DNA of 64,000 nt, from positions 259,829-323,828 of the forward strand of contig NW_027192197.1 of the NCBI RefSeq assembly GCF_041956535.1, in the 5' to 3' direction. Of this stretch, positions 11,266 to 23,813 are shown one piece after another. The stretch's first letter is position 1. Every line of letters begins with the position of its first letter. The position numbers were made by a program, and so were the translations under genes. The notes under the pieces are model-generated. The model searched no databases and was not told the origin of the DNA. It saw only the letters and a list, made by a program, of their open reading frames with translations. This DNA is from Calcarisporiella thermophila CBS 279.70. Its lineage: Eukaryota > Fungi > Calcarisporiellomycota.

Positions 11266-12644
11266 ATATGTATATTTCCGGGAGAGGTCAGCGCAGTGGT
11301 CCGGTGGCATGCTTATTTATTTCATAATGTTTATTTTGCACTTGTGCAATTGTGTTTACTATGATACCTCTTAGGTGCCGGTGTTAGTTTTTGGTTCAGT
11401 TTTTTTTATTATTTTTTCTCTTGCTTTCTTCCGCTACTACTTCTCTGGTGTTAACTCGGTTATCTTCTTTCATTTTGCCTTTAACTCTTTTTTTTTTCTC
11501 CTCTATTCTTTTTTGTTGTTTTATAGTGTTTTTCTCTTTGTATGTTAGTTCTATTTACTCGACCAAAATTTTCGGATGGACAATAAACTTCGAGATTTCT
11601 AATGTGGCTTGGATGAGTAGTAAACAAACCCTGAGAGTCTCGAGTATAAAATCTCGACCTCCTCTCTAACTTTCTTCTCTCCCCTCTACTCGTTTTCAAG
11701 TAAGTGTTTCCGCTCTTTTTCTATTTTCGTTATTATAATGTCCAAATGATGACTGCGTTGCCGCCCCAGGCGGAACGAATAATGTCGAGATTTTACGCGT
11801 TTACAGCCAAATTAATCCTGATTCAATAACATTTTATTTTCGATTCCCTACCAATGTTTATGGGCTCGATATTGATCACGGATTCTTTTTATCAATAGCA
11901 CGCATTAGCACGGGTCCCTTCCCGGGCGTGATATTTGGGTTAGTATATACACCGTTTTTCTTCCCGACTATTTAAATAAAATGATTATATACAAATTTTC
12001 GGTACTATCAAATACTGAATTCAAATTGTGAAGAATAGTCAGTTTATGATTCTTTATGCATTTTATGATATTAACTTTTAATCGAACCCTTATTCTAACC
12101 TCTTCTCTCCCTTGCTTATAGACATCTTATTGTCCATATATCATTGAGATGGTGAGTAATTTTTTCGCTTTATTTGCTACTTTCAATGGTTTTCTATGAT
12201 GTTTTTTTACCATGCTAATACTGACTTGTGGGTCATGCCCACAAAAATGGTGTCAAAATTCTCATTTTTACTGAGCGATATTGATAATTACTTCACGATT
12301 CATTTTGTAAAAAAGCGGTAATTAACCTTTCTTTTTGCAATGCTTGTAGGGGTTGAGTCTTTGAAAACGGTCCGGGAAAGACGCTGGATCTTATACTTAT
12401 AGATCAATAAAGTTGAAGATAAAATGAATTGGAGATCAGTGTTTGTGGTTCTAACGAATTAGTCAGGTTGAAATTAAAGTTAATACAATGCGTTTGCCAA
12501 TGAAAATTATGGCTGTAAAAAATAAGATTAACCATTGATCCTGGTATTGAGCTTCGAGCGGATATAGGATCCACATCATTCCGACACCATCACTTTCCCC
12601 TCGCGGGATCCTCTCTTTCTTCTTTGATGTTCACTCATTATACC

Positions 12645-14232
12645 ATGTCCCAAAACTATGCGTGGGTGGTGTTATTTTTCGGGTGGGCTTCACTGCTAAT
12701 AATGCCAGTGATTGCTCAGGAGATTTCGGCGAGAGATCGATCCGCTGCAACTGTGATGGGTAAAACGTATGTAATGAGGGGATAAATATTCCTTTTTTTT
12801 TCTCCCCATGGACTGTGAGCCATTGAACCATCTTTTTTTATATCTACAGATTGTATGTGTTTGGTGGCAAAATATCCCCTGGGAATCTTACCGACAATGT
12901 GTTCCCAACAGCAACCAATGACCTCCTCATGCTCAATCTTGCGACCTCTTTCAATACAAGCAACGTCCCGTGGTCGAATTTGCCCAAAATTCTTCCTCAA
13001 AACGCTCCAAACGCACTTAGCGCTGTTATTTTTCAAGCGGACCAGGAAGGAAAACAGCTCGCCATCTTCGGTGGAATGAATTCAAATAAGGCTCTGCTCC
13101 CTGACCGACTCTTCCTCTTCTGGACGACCAACAACACCTGGAGTACTCCTTCCATCCCATCACCGGGGCAACGTATCATGAGCGCGTCGGCAATGGATCC
13201 CGGAGGCGAATACGTGTATTTGTACGGGGGTGCTTACCTTGCCGATAGGCAACTATACGCGAGGAATGACGGAGCAAGATTCAATCTGAAAACGAAGTCG
13301 TGGGAAAACCTCCAGACTTTGTCACCACCCGAGGCCAGAGCGGGGCATACGGCCTCGATGTTAAGTGACGGAAGATACGTGGTACTGGGGGGATACTTGC
13401 AGGCCAAAAATGAAACCGAGTTGAGCACGGCTCTCGTGCTGGATACCGTGGCCAAACGGTGGGATGTAGTGGGGTTGAATGGTCCCTTTCCCCCTTCTCG
13501 AGTAGGGCACAGCGCCGTAGTCCGTAAGTTCTTTAGAACCCCAAGTTCGATTCGTTAATGAAGCGCTAATGCTCCCATGACACTTTTTTTTCCTTCGGAC
13601 TGCTTATGCTAATGATAATGGCAGTGGATAACGATTATATTCTCATCTATGGGGGTGTACAGGCCAATGTGACTACCCTTGATGACATGTGGCTCCTCTC
13701 TCCTCAGAATTGGACATGGAGTCGGATAGCTCTCAAAGAGAATCCAGTGGGCAATCGTGCGTTTCACAATGCGGTGCTCGCCGGCACAAACATGCTCCTG
13801 ATGTTTGGCGCTAGCGATAGCCAAGAGGCTCAGATGAAGCGGGATTTGCACGTATTTGATACGAACAGGATGGAATTTGTTACCCAATACGTTCCAACCA
13901 TATCGATACCATCAGAAACGGCCTCTCAGCAAAAGAGCCCAAGCCCTGGTGCGATTGCTGGTGGCATCATTGGGACATTGGTGGTGGTGGGAGGGGGGTT
14001 GGTCGCCTTCTTTTTGATAAGACGCAGGCGAAAACAACGGGCCATTGGGCAGGGGCAGAAGGAGGAGCCGGTAATGCCTCTCTTTGGCATGGAAGACGTG
14101 GTTAAACCCGACGCCTCTCCGGATTACAAAAGCTTGGTTCCGGACGAAATCCATACATACAAGCCCCATAGTCCGATAGAGAGTTCGAAGCCCAACTTGG
14201 CAGACTTTTCAGACAAACCTCACGAATATTAA
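12645..14232 (+). CDS. Type I membrane protein with extracellular Kelch-repeat beta-propeller
   Basis: Signal peptide MSQNYAWVVLFFGWASLLIMPVIA. Introns 12767-12849 and 13524-13624. Repeated LYVFGG/AIFGG/LYGG/VLGG/IYGG Kelch motifs. TM GAIAGGIIGTLVVVGGGLVAFFLI followed by RRRRK. Confidence 0.85.
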
Positions 14233-14653
14233 CCCCGTAAACTGGCTTTATGGAATCTCTGTATTTATACACCATCTATCATTTCCTGGTTCTCTAATTA
14301 ATCAACCGCTTTTCTTTTCTACTTGATCATTTGCATTTATTTTTTGCCTTCTCTTACGAATAATGGGATGTTGAACGGGTGACTGGGAACATCTACGTTT
14401 CTAGAGCAATAAATAAGGAGAAATAGGGGGTTGAAAAAGGAGCAAAAAAAAAAGCAATAGAAGGGGGAAGTAGGGAAAGGGGAATAGTGTCCATGACAAG
14501 AAATAGATACTCTGATAAAAATAGGGGGGGAGAGGAAACAAAGAGCTAGAGAATAAAAATAACTTAACCATTTAAATTAGGTGCAAAGTAAGATTGTTTT
14601 TTCTGAAGAGCAAATGCAATAAGCCATTCAAGGAGATAATACACAGTGGAAAA

Positions 14654-15789
14654 TTACGAAAGAGTGTAGATGGGGTCCATTTGCAAAACATGACACTGAG
14701 GCGTTTCTGATAATGGCGGGAATGAGTAGTATCCCTGTTTTTCTTCCGCGATGTCTACCGCCAAACCGCCCGGTTTACCCGTTTGATACTCTTGCTTTCC
14801 AGCATTTTGCTTCTGGATCGGAAGGCTGTCGATGCACCGATTGCTATTAGAGCTACAGCCCTCGGAAAGATACTCGACAGAAGAATCGGGAGGCGAAGGT
14901 GGCAAGGAAAAGGGGGTGTGCGCATAAGGCGGTACGTTAAGTGAACCGTCCCAAGTCCTGGCCGTGGTAATCTCAATGACAACTTCTGTTGGACAGAGAA
15001 TAGGCGTAGTGGCCACCTCCGAGGGAGGGGGCGGAGTAGTCGTTTCCGCGACAGATGAAGTACTAGCGATGTCGGAAAAGCTTTGATAGCTTTTGCTGTG
15101 ATGAGATTGCAAGAGCGGATCCGTGCTCGAAATAGAGTTAGGTGCGGGATCAGGCGAAGGAGCGGCTGTGTCAGAATTGGAAGCGAAGGTAAGATCGGCA
15201 ATAAAGGCAAGCAAGCTGAAAAGCCCTGCCCACTCAGAGGCGAATATGCACTCGGCTCCCAAGCTTAACACTGAAATTAAAAGCAGCCCTTCGTGCACTC
15301 TCAATCCCCGCGCTGCGTCAAAATATTTCAACGCTAAGTGAGGTATGACTGAGAATATTCCCAAAAAATACGTCAGACACCATCGTGGCAATGCATCCGA
15401 GATGGGATTTGTAAAATCCACAACCAGCAGTAACCCGCAGGCACAACATAACGAAACCACGAATGAGCGCGTTCGAATGGGAATCTTGGACGTGTTCCAG
15501 ATACCGTAGCTCACAATGAATAAGATGCCCACTACAGAATGCCAAGCAGAATCATGGCGGGGCAGTGGGAAGCTTTGGGGCAAAAGAATCTGTTCATCAG
15601 GTAAGTAAAGGTGTCTTTCTAAATTTTCTCGAAATTAAAACCATATACCCAGCCCGCGCAACATAGTCCGCCCATCCCGAATAATGCGCTTCTCTCTCGC
15701 CTAATTACCGCTCTTAATACAATTGCTAACAGCCCGCATAACATTAAGATGCTCGGTACGGAAATAGAATTAGTGATTGGAGATAACAT
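14654..15789 (-). CDS. Uncharacterised multi-pass membrane protein with S/P-rich C-terminal tail
   Basis: Exon 1 MLSPITNSISVPSILMLCGLLAIVLRA...CCAGW splices in phase 0 (GT...AACAG) to the 309-aa ORF, which has several hydrophobic segments. Confidence 0.65.
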
Positions 15790-16286
15790 TAGAGCTCATG
15801 AAAACGCGAAAAAAAAAATCAAACGAGCGTGCCTAAATGGCTCTAGTAATTTGGATAATTTCCTCGCATAATGACGATAATGAAAAAAAAAAAAATCTAA
15901 GGCAAAAAAAAATAGCGCTGTTCAACAATATTATCCAAGAAAGAAAAAAAAACAATGCACTTCTAGCAAGTATTCAAAGGATAAAGGAATGGAAATGGGT
16001 AGTAAGGAGAGGAATGAAGACCAATGTTGCCCCGCTAATCTCGAGATTTAAAATAAAACTAATAAAAGTTTCCGAGCTTGGACGCGAGATTAACCGAAAA
16101 AATTGAAACGATACGTCAATTTTACACCCCTAACCCCCCATCCACACCCGACTACCGAATCTAAGCCGGGTGTTGGGAACACTCTAAATCTACTTTAAAC
16201 CCCATCCAAAAATTATAGATGACACAAGGTCCCAATTCTATATTCAGTATATTAGAAGTCATTATTCCAAACAATACATTAACCAA

Positions 16287-17900
16287 CTAGTGCATATTAT
16301 CTTCATGCCATAGGGCGTCTATTCTTTTCATGCGATCTTCATGCCCCTTGCTTGTCTTTGCAAAGGCACTCTTTGCCACACGTAGCGGAAATGACTTTCC
16401 AATCAAATAGAGCAGATTTCGATGGTCGTGCAATATGGTATCTTCATTATAGGTGAGCAATTGATGCGCAAAAACGAAGCCTGTCATATAGGAGTCCATA
16501 TGGGCGGAGTGGTATGAGGAGGAGGTAGCGGTGGAAACGAAAGAGGGCATGGGGAGAGTGGTTGGAGATAGCGATGGGCAAGGAGAGACTACTGATTCAA
16601 TTGGAAGTGATTTGGCTTGCTCGCCTAGTAAGATTGGCTCGTGATTGGAAGGGCTCTGCTTTGAGCGTTTCTTATGAGCGCGCTCTTTTTCCTCCTCGTT
16701 GAGGATGAGGTCGAGGTCGTGAGATTTCCCGCACTGGAATCCTTGGCTGCAAAACCCATGATACTACACTTGAATTTAGAATAGGTCATTGAAAAATGGA
16801 AGGGTCTAATTCCAACTCACCGCATATTGCACACAATAAGGTTTATTATTGTCAGGTGGGTTTCTTTTTTTTCGCTTCTTTCCATCCAAGCTGCTCGCTT
16901 CGACTGCGCTCTGGCTCTTTATCTCCACAGGGGGCGCTGTCAATCTCTCACACACCTCCAGATGCAATGTTTTACTCTGCCCTCCCTCCTTGCTTTCGTC
17001 TCTCACATGCACTCTTTCATACTTGCGGAATAAATACGCCAGGAATGAAGCTCGCTCACGTGTCACATAGTCTGCGACGTATTTTGTGTCATAGATGCCA
17101 GCTGGAAACATGTCATTTAGGTCTGCGATAAAGATATTGAGTTCGGTGGGGAGTTCGGCATGAAAGCTGTGATAAAGATAGATAAGGTCGAGGAGGCCAT
17201 TGTGTATAGCGACAGGAATCCGAAGTTTGAGGAGATGCCCAAAGAGCGCACGCATTAGATTATTTGTACTTCCAAAACTAGATAACTGGATAGGCATTGG
17301 GTTGAATTGATCTAGATGGATATGGATTATAGTAACATGGAAGCGGGTTAAAACATACCTTGTCTTCCCCGGGGGTATACATGATTCCCTCTCGATACTG
17401 CCGATTGAAATCGAATCCGCTTTCTGCGAGAAAGCTTAAACTCTTAGAACTCACTTGGTGATCATCCTATGTCAACAGTAGGTTATGCAACCCAGGATTG
17501 GTACCACTAGAGCAAAGAGAAAATGGCCCACCTCTCGCAGCAGCAAAAAGTTAAAGTTATGCACGATATAATTCGTTTGATCTCGACCATTTTCAGAACC
17601 ATGCTCAAACGTGGTAATACCAAGCGCAACGAGCGCGTGAGTTAAAGCGACCTTTCTAAGGCTTTTGTATCGATCTTCAATATTTCTAGGGGCATAATTT
17701 ATCCACTGATCCAATACAACGAAATTTATAAATTCAAAAACTTACCCAGCCCGCGTGTCAAATCCACTTCCTCCCAATCCAGTGAATTCTGTGTCTAGCG
17801 CTACAAACGAAGCCCGAGAGAGAATGTCTTTGATTAATGGGAAGAGCGATGCAAAATTTCCGCGCGTAACCTCCGTATACTTGTTGATGTAGGATGTCAT
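16287..17900 (-). CDS. TOE1: CAF1-family deadenylase with CCCH zinc finger, TOE1 (target of EGR1) orthologue
   Basis: FVALDTEFTGLG (DEDD motif I), HNGLLDLIYLYHSFHAELP, IYDTKYVADY, ASFLAYLF, CVQYA|YHGFCSQGFQCGKSHDLDLIL CCCH finger, HSAHMDSYMTGFVFA, LYLIGKSFPL..KS.F. Confidence 0.88.
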
Positions 17901-18016
17901 TGATGGAACGAATTTCTTGCCACCAATGCTGTTTTCATTTTGGCTCTGGCGGCTTAGATTCTTCAATTTTTCAAAATCCAAAGCAAGTGGTGCTCATTTA
18001 CACTACCAACGCGAAT

Positions 18017-18495
18017 ATGGCGACATCCCAACTGCTACCCCTAGGTAATACACGTGTGCTCTCCTCTAGCTCTCCTTCTGTTTGTGTATTTGCCTTATTA
18101 CCGTACTAACACCTTCTTTCAATGTTTTAGAGCTCATCGATAAATGCATCGGCTCACGGATCTGGGTAATTATGAAAACAGACCGCGAAATCACCGGGAA
18201 ACTACTTGGGTTTGATGACTACGTGAACATGGTGCTTGAGGATGTGACAGAGTAGTAAGTGATTAATTTCTTCTGCATTTGTCTCTGTTTTGAATTCATT
18301 GACCATCTTGCAATCTGCTCTCATTTACAGCGAGAATACTCCCGAGGGCCGAAAATCGACCAAAGTGAGTCAGATTTTGTTGAATGGAAACAACATATGC
18401 ATGGTAAGTTTTGGAGCTACATTGACCAGAAAAGTCCTACCATTGACTCTATATTCTTTCAGCTCATTCCTGGAGGCGAAGGACCTGAAAGCTAA
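18017..18495 (+). CDS. LSM5: U6 snRNA-associated Sm-like protein Lsm5
   Basis: Spliced MATSQLLPL|[41 protein letters not shown]|YENTPEG...[10 protein letters not shown]|[10 protein letters not shown]. Canonical Lsm5 sequence. Confidence 0.96.
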
Positions 18496-20201
18496 ACGAT
18501 TTAAAATAATATTGATTTGGTTTGCGGACTCTCCCTATTGCTGTATTTTCCCTTGCTCCCACTCGTCCTCCATACTTTTTTGTTAATATTCTTTATCTTT
18601 TATCCCTCTTCAATAAACCGGATTTTCGATCATATTGAGGCTGGAGAGAAAGGCCCCTTCGGCCCCTCTTGTCCAAGAGGGGATACCCTCAACAGTTAAA
18701 TAGAAATAGAGCACAATCCATTTCCTAGTTCCATATGAAAGTCATAGAAAAGCCGGAGGAAGAGTCTGTATAGAAATACCCCTGTAAAAGGCAGTCTCAG
18801 TGCTGCAAGTGTGCTGGATAGGTGAGAAATCGACCAAGCTCGACGGAAATTCCAAAATATGTAAAATCCACCCATCTCAAATATCTCCAACCGCGAACGC
18901 TACTTTCATGGGGATATTGAAAATGAGGGCACATGATTTTACATTAGAGTGCTGGTCCGCCCGCAATCCACATTTATTTTTTTTTCCCTCCAGATACGGT
19001 CAGTTATTCGCGTTGGAGGTTGGACACTAGATGATGGTGCGCTTACGAGACGATAAATTAGCCGAACCTGGTAGAGTGAGACGCTCAGCGTGACACTCTG
19101 CCCCGCTGTACAGCAGAGGCTATGGGAGGGCTGGATATTTGCTTGTGCGCTGTCGGCGCTTCATTAAGACGTAAAGCTCAGTCTTGGACTGTATTTTTGT
19201 GGCTTTGAGCCTTCGCAAAAGCTTTGGGTTTCCAGAGCCCATCTTTCGAGAAGGCTGTATAATATTATGCTGCACATAGGTGTGCGTGAATGAGAATCAG
19301 GTCATCGTGGAATGAGCGAGGTATCAGACCAATCACGGCTTATCATCTCGAAATTGATAACCTTAGTTCCAGGTTGTGTGAGAGCGAGTCCTGGGGCTAG
19401 CTTCAAGCCGGTCATCTGTTTCATTCAAAACAGCCATGGGAACTTTTTGAGCGGAGCATTCCAGCAGGTTTGCTGCTGCTGCTTGCCCTCGAAGCACAAA
19501 GTGCTCCCCCTTCTCCCCTCTCCCCTCCCGCATGCAGCTTTACAGCGCAGCTCCCGCCGAGATCAAAGGCGGCGCTACTCAGCGCATGTGACAGTCACTC
19601 TAGAGCATATCCGGCTTCTCCCATTGCGGGCGGATCTTCGCAAGCTCGGTTCCCCAGCCGCGCGGAAAACTTTCCTTTAATTGCTGACGGGGGTTACAAG
19701 CCAGAGGAAAATGGGATGCACCGCTCCATATTAGTCATACAACTTGTTTAAGACATGCCAATTGATTCTTATTTTAATTAAGGAATAGGCACCGCGTGAC
19801 CTTGATTTCTGGGCGGATCCAATTGGGTGATAATGTTAATGATAATTTTTTTACGACATTTTATCTCATCTTATCCTCGTCGTGGTTCCTGCGCTTGGCC
19901 CCTGATATCTGTTTTCCGTGGTTGCTCTGCGTTTCTATTTTTTTGGTCCGGAAGTCCATCCCCCTTTTCTCTCCATCGCTCTCTTGGCCATCTCCCCCCT
20001 CTCTCCCCCTCACTGCTCTGCATTCTTCAGCACTCCAAGTACTGGAACTGCCTCCAACTCTTGGCCCAAAATAAGCTGGCCTCAATGAATTCGTGTCCCT
20101 CTGCAGCTCACAAGAAAACGCCTGCCGCTTCACTCACGCCCACACTCACACTCGCACTTTACCACATCGAATCGCCCACTTGCATCCTCATCTGAAAGCA
20201 C

Positions 20202-20963
20202 ATGGACAGTCGCGGAAAAGAAATTTACCCGTCCCCAACTCTAACCGAGCAGCCCCTCAGCCCTCCTCATCCGGCGCTGTTGCCTGCGTCCAAAGCCGGT
20301 AAACCCGCCACAGTTTGCACCAACTGTGGCACTGATAGCACGCCATTATGGCGTCGTTCCCCGTCGGGCGAAACCATCTGTAACGCCTGCGGGCTGTACT
20401 TCCGAGCACGAAAGAAGCACCGGCCTCCCTGCCTCAAGCGCCACTCCCACCTCCCTGCGCCAGTTGCCGCCTCTGCCAGGCCAAATGATGCAGTGGCGGA
20501 AAGTGAAGCGGCGGCGTCGGAAGAGCTCACGACATGCTCCAACTGCGGAACTAGCACAACCCCACTTTGGAGACGAGATAACCAAGCAAGACTGATCTGC
20601 AATGCTTGTGGCCTCTACTTCAAACTCCATGGCGCTCACCGACCCGTGTCGATGAAGCGAACCGTGATCCGAAGGAGAAAGCGAATCTCTAACTCCTCCA
20701 GCCCCACTCTTCCACTGAAACCCACCACCTTCCAGAGGATCGCCCCGTCCCCCGACATAAAATGCACAAAAAAAGTGAGCATCTCGTCACTCTTAAACCC
20801 CCTGCTAACCACCCCGCCGACTTCGCCTGTGAGCGGTGGAGAAGACATGCATGGGGAGCCGTATGCAAGCCCCGTCGGCTTGATGACGTTGCCTCCGCTG
20901 ATGCCTAATAATAGGCTAATGGGTACCGCGCTGCCATCCCTGCGCAGTTATATAAGAAATTAA
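20202..20963 (+). CDS. Two-finger GATA transcription factor, SreA/Fep1/Urbs1-like fingers, intronless
   Basis: CTNCGTDSTPLWRRSPSGETICNACGLY and CSNCGTSTTPLWRRDNQARLICNACGLYFKLHGAHRPVSMKRTVIRRRKR. Confidence 0.9.
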   Translation: MDSRGKEIYPSPTLTEQPLSPPHPALLPASKAGKPATVCTNCGTDSTPLWRRSPSGETICNACGLYFRARKKHRPPCLKRHSHLPAPVAASARPNDAVAESEAAASEELTTCSNCGTSTTPLWRRDNQARLICNACGLYFKLHGAHRPVSMKRTVIRRRKRISNSSSPTLPLKPTTFQRIAPSPDIKCTKKVSISSLLNPLLTTPPTSPVSGGEDMHGEPYASPVGLMTLPPLMPNNRLMGTALPSLRSYIRN

Positions 20964-21175
20964 GCCTCATGAAGAGGACAAACATGTTTATAAACGCCTG
21001 TATTAAGTTATCCATATATATAATGCCGATAGCTATGGTTTATATCGAAGTATGTTGGTCGAACGCTGTTTTTTTTTTAGCGAATAGATTTGCTTAAGTT
21101 TATAATGTTAAGGAATAACACATGGTATAGTGCAGAAATAAAACACACGGAAGAATCCAAAGGAAGCGCAAGATG

Positions 21176-22060
21176 TTACAAGAAGAGTGCATTTACAATG
21201 AAAAAAATAAATAAAAATGGCATTGTAAAACGAGCCAACCCTGAGTCCATGGCATCGGCCGAGTTACTTTGTAAAACATATCTTCCTGTCGCCTGAGGCA
21301 TCATTGTATTCCTCGAATCCACCACCGTTTGCATTACTACAACGACCGGGTTGGTGTCCTGCATGGGCATGGGGCTCGGAGTCTGCGGGGGAGAAGCTAC
21401 AGTGGTAGTAGCAAACACGACGGGGCGGGATGGAGAGGGTGACGTAGAAGAAATGCTAATGGTGGTTTGTGGAAAAGAGGAGCTTGTGCCCTGAGAGGAG
21501 GTTGAACTTTGGGCAGAGGAAGTATTTGATTTTCGCAGATAATTGATTCTGGCCCTATATTTGTGAGTTTGCACAGGCCATAAGTCCTCCGTGGTTCTAT
21601 TGGGCGCTAGCTCGATGCTGATCCCTTCCGGGTCGATATGCTTCGGTCTTCGATAACTATCCAGCCTAATAGTTTGGGTGTCGTCATAGTCGTCCTCTAT
21701 CTCCTCCTGTAGCGGAGAGTCCATCTCCTCTTGCTGGACTAGCTTAACGTTGAGCGGGTATTGGCTTGTCGTGGGTTTTGGTTCTTGTTTCTCTCGCAGC
21801 TTAACTACGATGCTTGGTTTTGCTAGGGTGGGCATATGGTTGAATATGGAAAACAGACTCTCTTGATCCATCTCAGTTGGAAGTACCCCTATAGATGGCT
21901 CTCGTGCAAGGCCTATCAATGGATTTATTATTCTAGTGCATTATATTCCCACAGTAGCTTGAAATTTACCTCGGAAATCATTTGGACGCTCGGCAAGGAT
22001 AAAGCAGTCGACTCTGATAATGGCATAGAATAGCGCAAGAAAACATAGTTTCTCCCTCAT
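21176..22060 (-). CDS. Putative secreted, S/T-rich, GPI-anchored or C-terminally anchored cell-surface protein
   Basis: Exon 1 MREKLCFLALFYAIIRVDC (signal peptide) splices in phase 1 into the 247-aa ORF. S/T/P-rich stalk. Ends with small residues (NSADA) and a terminal hydrophobic tail (FTMPFLFIFFIVNALFL). Confidence 0.7.
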
Positions 22061-22818
22061 GTCTCGTCTTTTTTCTAGAAGAATAGATATAAAGGGCTGT
22101 GAGAAAAAAGAATACAGAAAAGAAACTGGGGAAATGAGCATGCCAGAGAACTTTTATTAGCAGCGCACGAATATATCAAATGGTTGAAAACAAAAATGAC
22201 CCGAAGGTCCGAATTAAAAACTGGAGTTCCAGAAATTAGACTTTGCATATTTCGATTCTCGGAGGATTAATTTCTTTAATGCCACGGCTAACTATTTCCG
22301 TCCCTCAAGCCATAAATAATCAACAGGTGGTAGAAAATAAAATACAATGATTCCAAATTCATATGACGGATGGGGTGGTTGGGTTAACTCATCCTGGGAA
22401 CTCTTCGGGATCGGAAGTAAAAACCTGACGGCCTGTTGCAAGGCTATTTCGGCAAGGACCAGCAAAGAGACTCTTGGGGAAGGGTTTTTTTTTCATCAAC
22501 TCTGCGTGGTCCTTATATTGCGCTCCTTGTTAAAGAAATTTGCGCTCTAGGATTTCAGTAGCCGCTTGTATTATTATATTCATTGGCAACAATCAATTAG
22601 GGAGCACAAGCTCGGAAAATCCTTTCAGGAAATGGTTGTGCTAAAGAGAGTCGCACTAGTCGACTCATGACACGTTTTTTATCGACTCTATTAATATTTC
22701 CTGGTAAAGCCGATATGGTACGGGGCTTTTTTATAAAAGAAGACAAGAGCCACCCTCTTCAAAACCAATTTTTAACTTTATTTTACGCTTCTCGCTTTTT
22801 CCTTTTGCAACCGTTATA

Positions 22819-23459
22819 ATGCCAGGTCCCATCGATCTCTCTACTCTTCAATGGCTCAATAGCCCTCCTCATTTTCAAACTGAAAACTCTACGGAGATCC
22901 AAGTCATTTCTGCTCCACGCACCGATTTCTGGCGTTCAAGCAGTGCTCATCGTGACACGGGCCACTTTCTATATCAAACTGTAGCGGGCGATTTCTCAGC
23001 AACCCTACGGGTGAAGGGAGAATACACTGCATTATACGATCAGGCAGGTATTATGATCCGAAAGAATGATCAATGCTGGATTAAAGCTGGGATTGAATTG
23101 GAGGATGGTGAGCAATTCGTGAGGTAAAATATTTTCGAATTAAATTAAATTTGAAGCTATGGATTGCATTCAACTAATTGAATAACAATCCTAGCGCCGT
23201 TGTGACAAATCCATTTTCCGATTGGTCGTTGCTCCCAGTCGCGGCAGAAGACCTGGAATCGGAACTACAGATCAAATTGCAACGACAAGGGCCTGTGATG
23301 AAAATTCATTACTCTTTCTCTGGGAAAGAATGGAAGATGTTTAGAAAGGTCACGAATTTCACTGAAGAGAAGGAATTATGTGTTGGTTTAATGCTGTGCT
23401 CACCCCAGAATGACAAAGGGATGAGCGCGAAGTTTTACGACTTTGAAATCCATCAATAA
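22819..23459 (+). CDS. DUF1349 / Ree1-like concanavalin A-fold protein
   Basis: WLNSP, TDFWR, GHFLY, GDFSA, LYDQAGIMIR..WIKAGIE, SAVVTNPFSDWS, VGLMLCSP. One intron at about 23124-23194. Confidence 0.88.
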
Positions 23460-23813
23460 ATCCTCTCATCCCATCTCTCCTGTTTAGTGTCTGAAATTTT
23501 TTGATGACGTCATAAATTATCCAAACTGCACCGGATTAAAGGGCAATCTTCTCGGAAGCTTGATCCTCCTCTTTTGCTAGTTGTTTGTTGCGAAGGTAAT
23601 GACACGATAACAGAGACGAGAAAAGAAGGATAAAGATAGAGCTAATCATCCATCCATCCATCCGTTCAAGCTCATCCTCTTCTCTCGCTTTTTTTTTCTG
23701 TTCTTTTTTTTGTTTCTGATTCCCTCATTGGCTAACCAACATAATCGATCACATTTTTTAGCATCGGTAACGAACAGCGCATTATTTCCTTACCAGAACA
23801 CCAGGAAAAGAAA

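Noticed and set aside
12149-12364. ATG|GTGAGT...TAG|GGGTTGAGTCTTTGA, a possible spliced MGLSL uORF upstream of the Kelch gene
   Set aside because: About 500 nt from the main start, with no evidence that it is in the same transcript.
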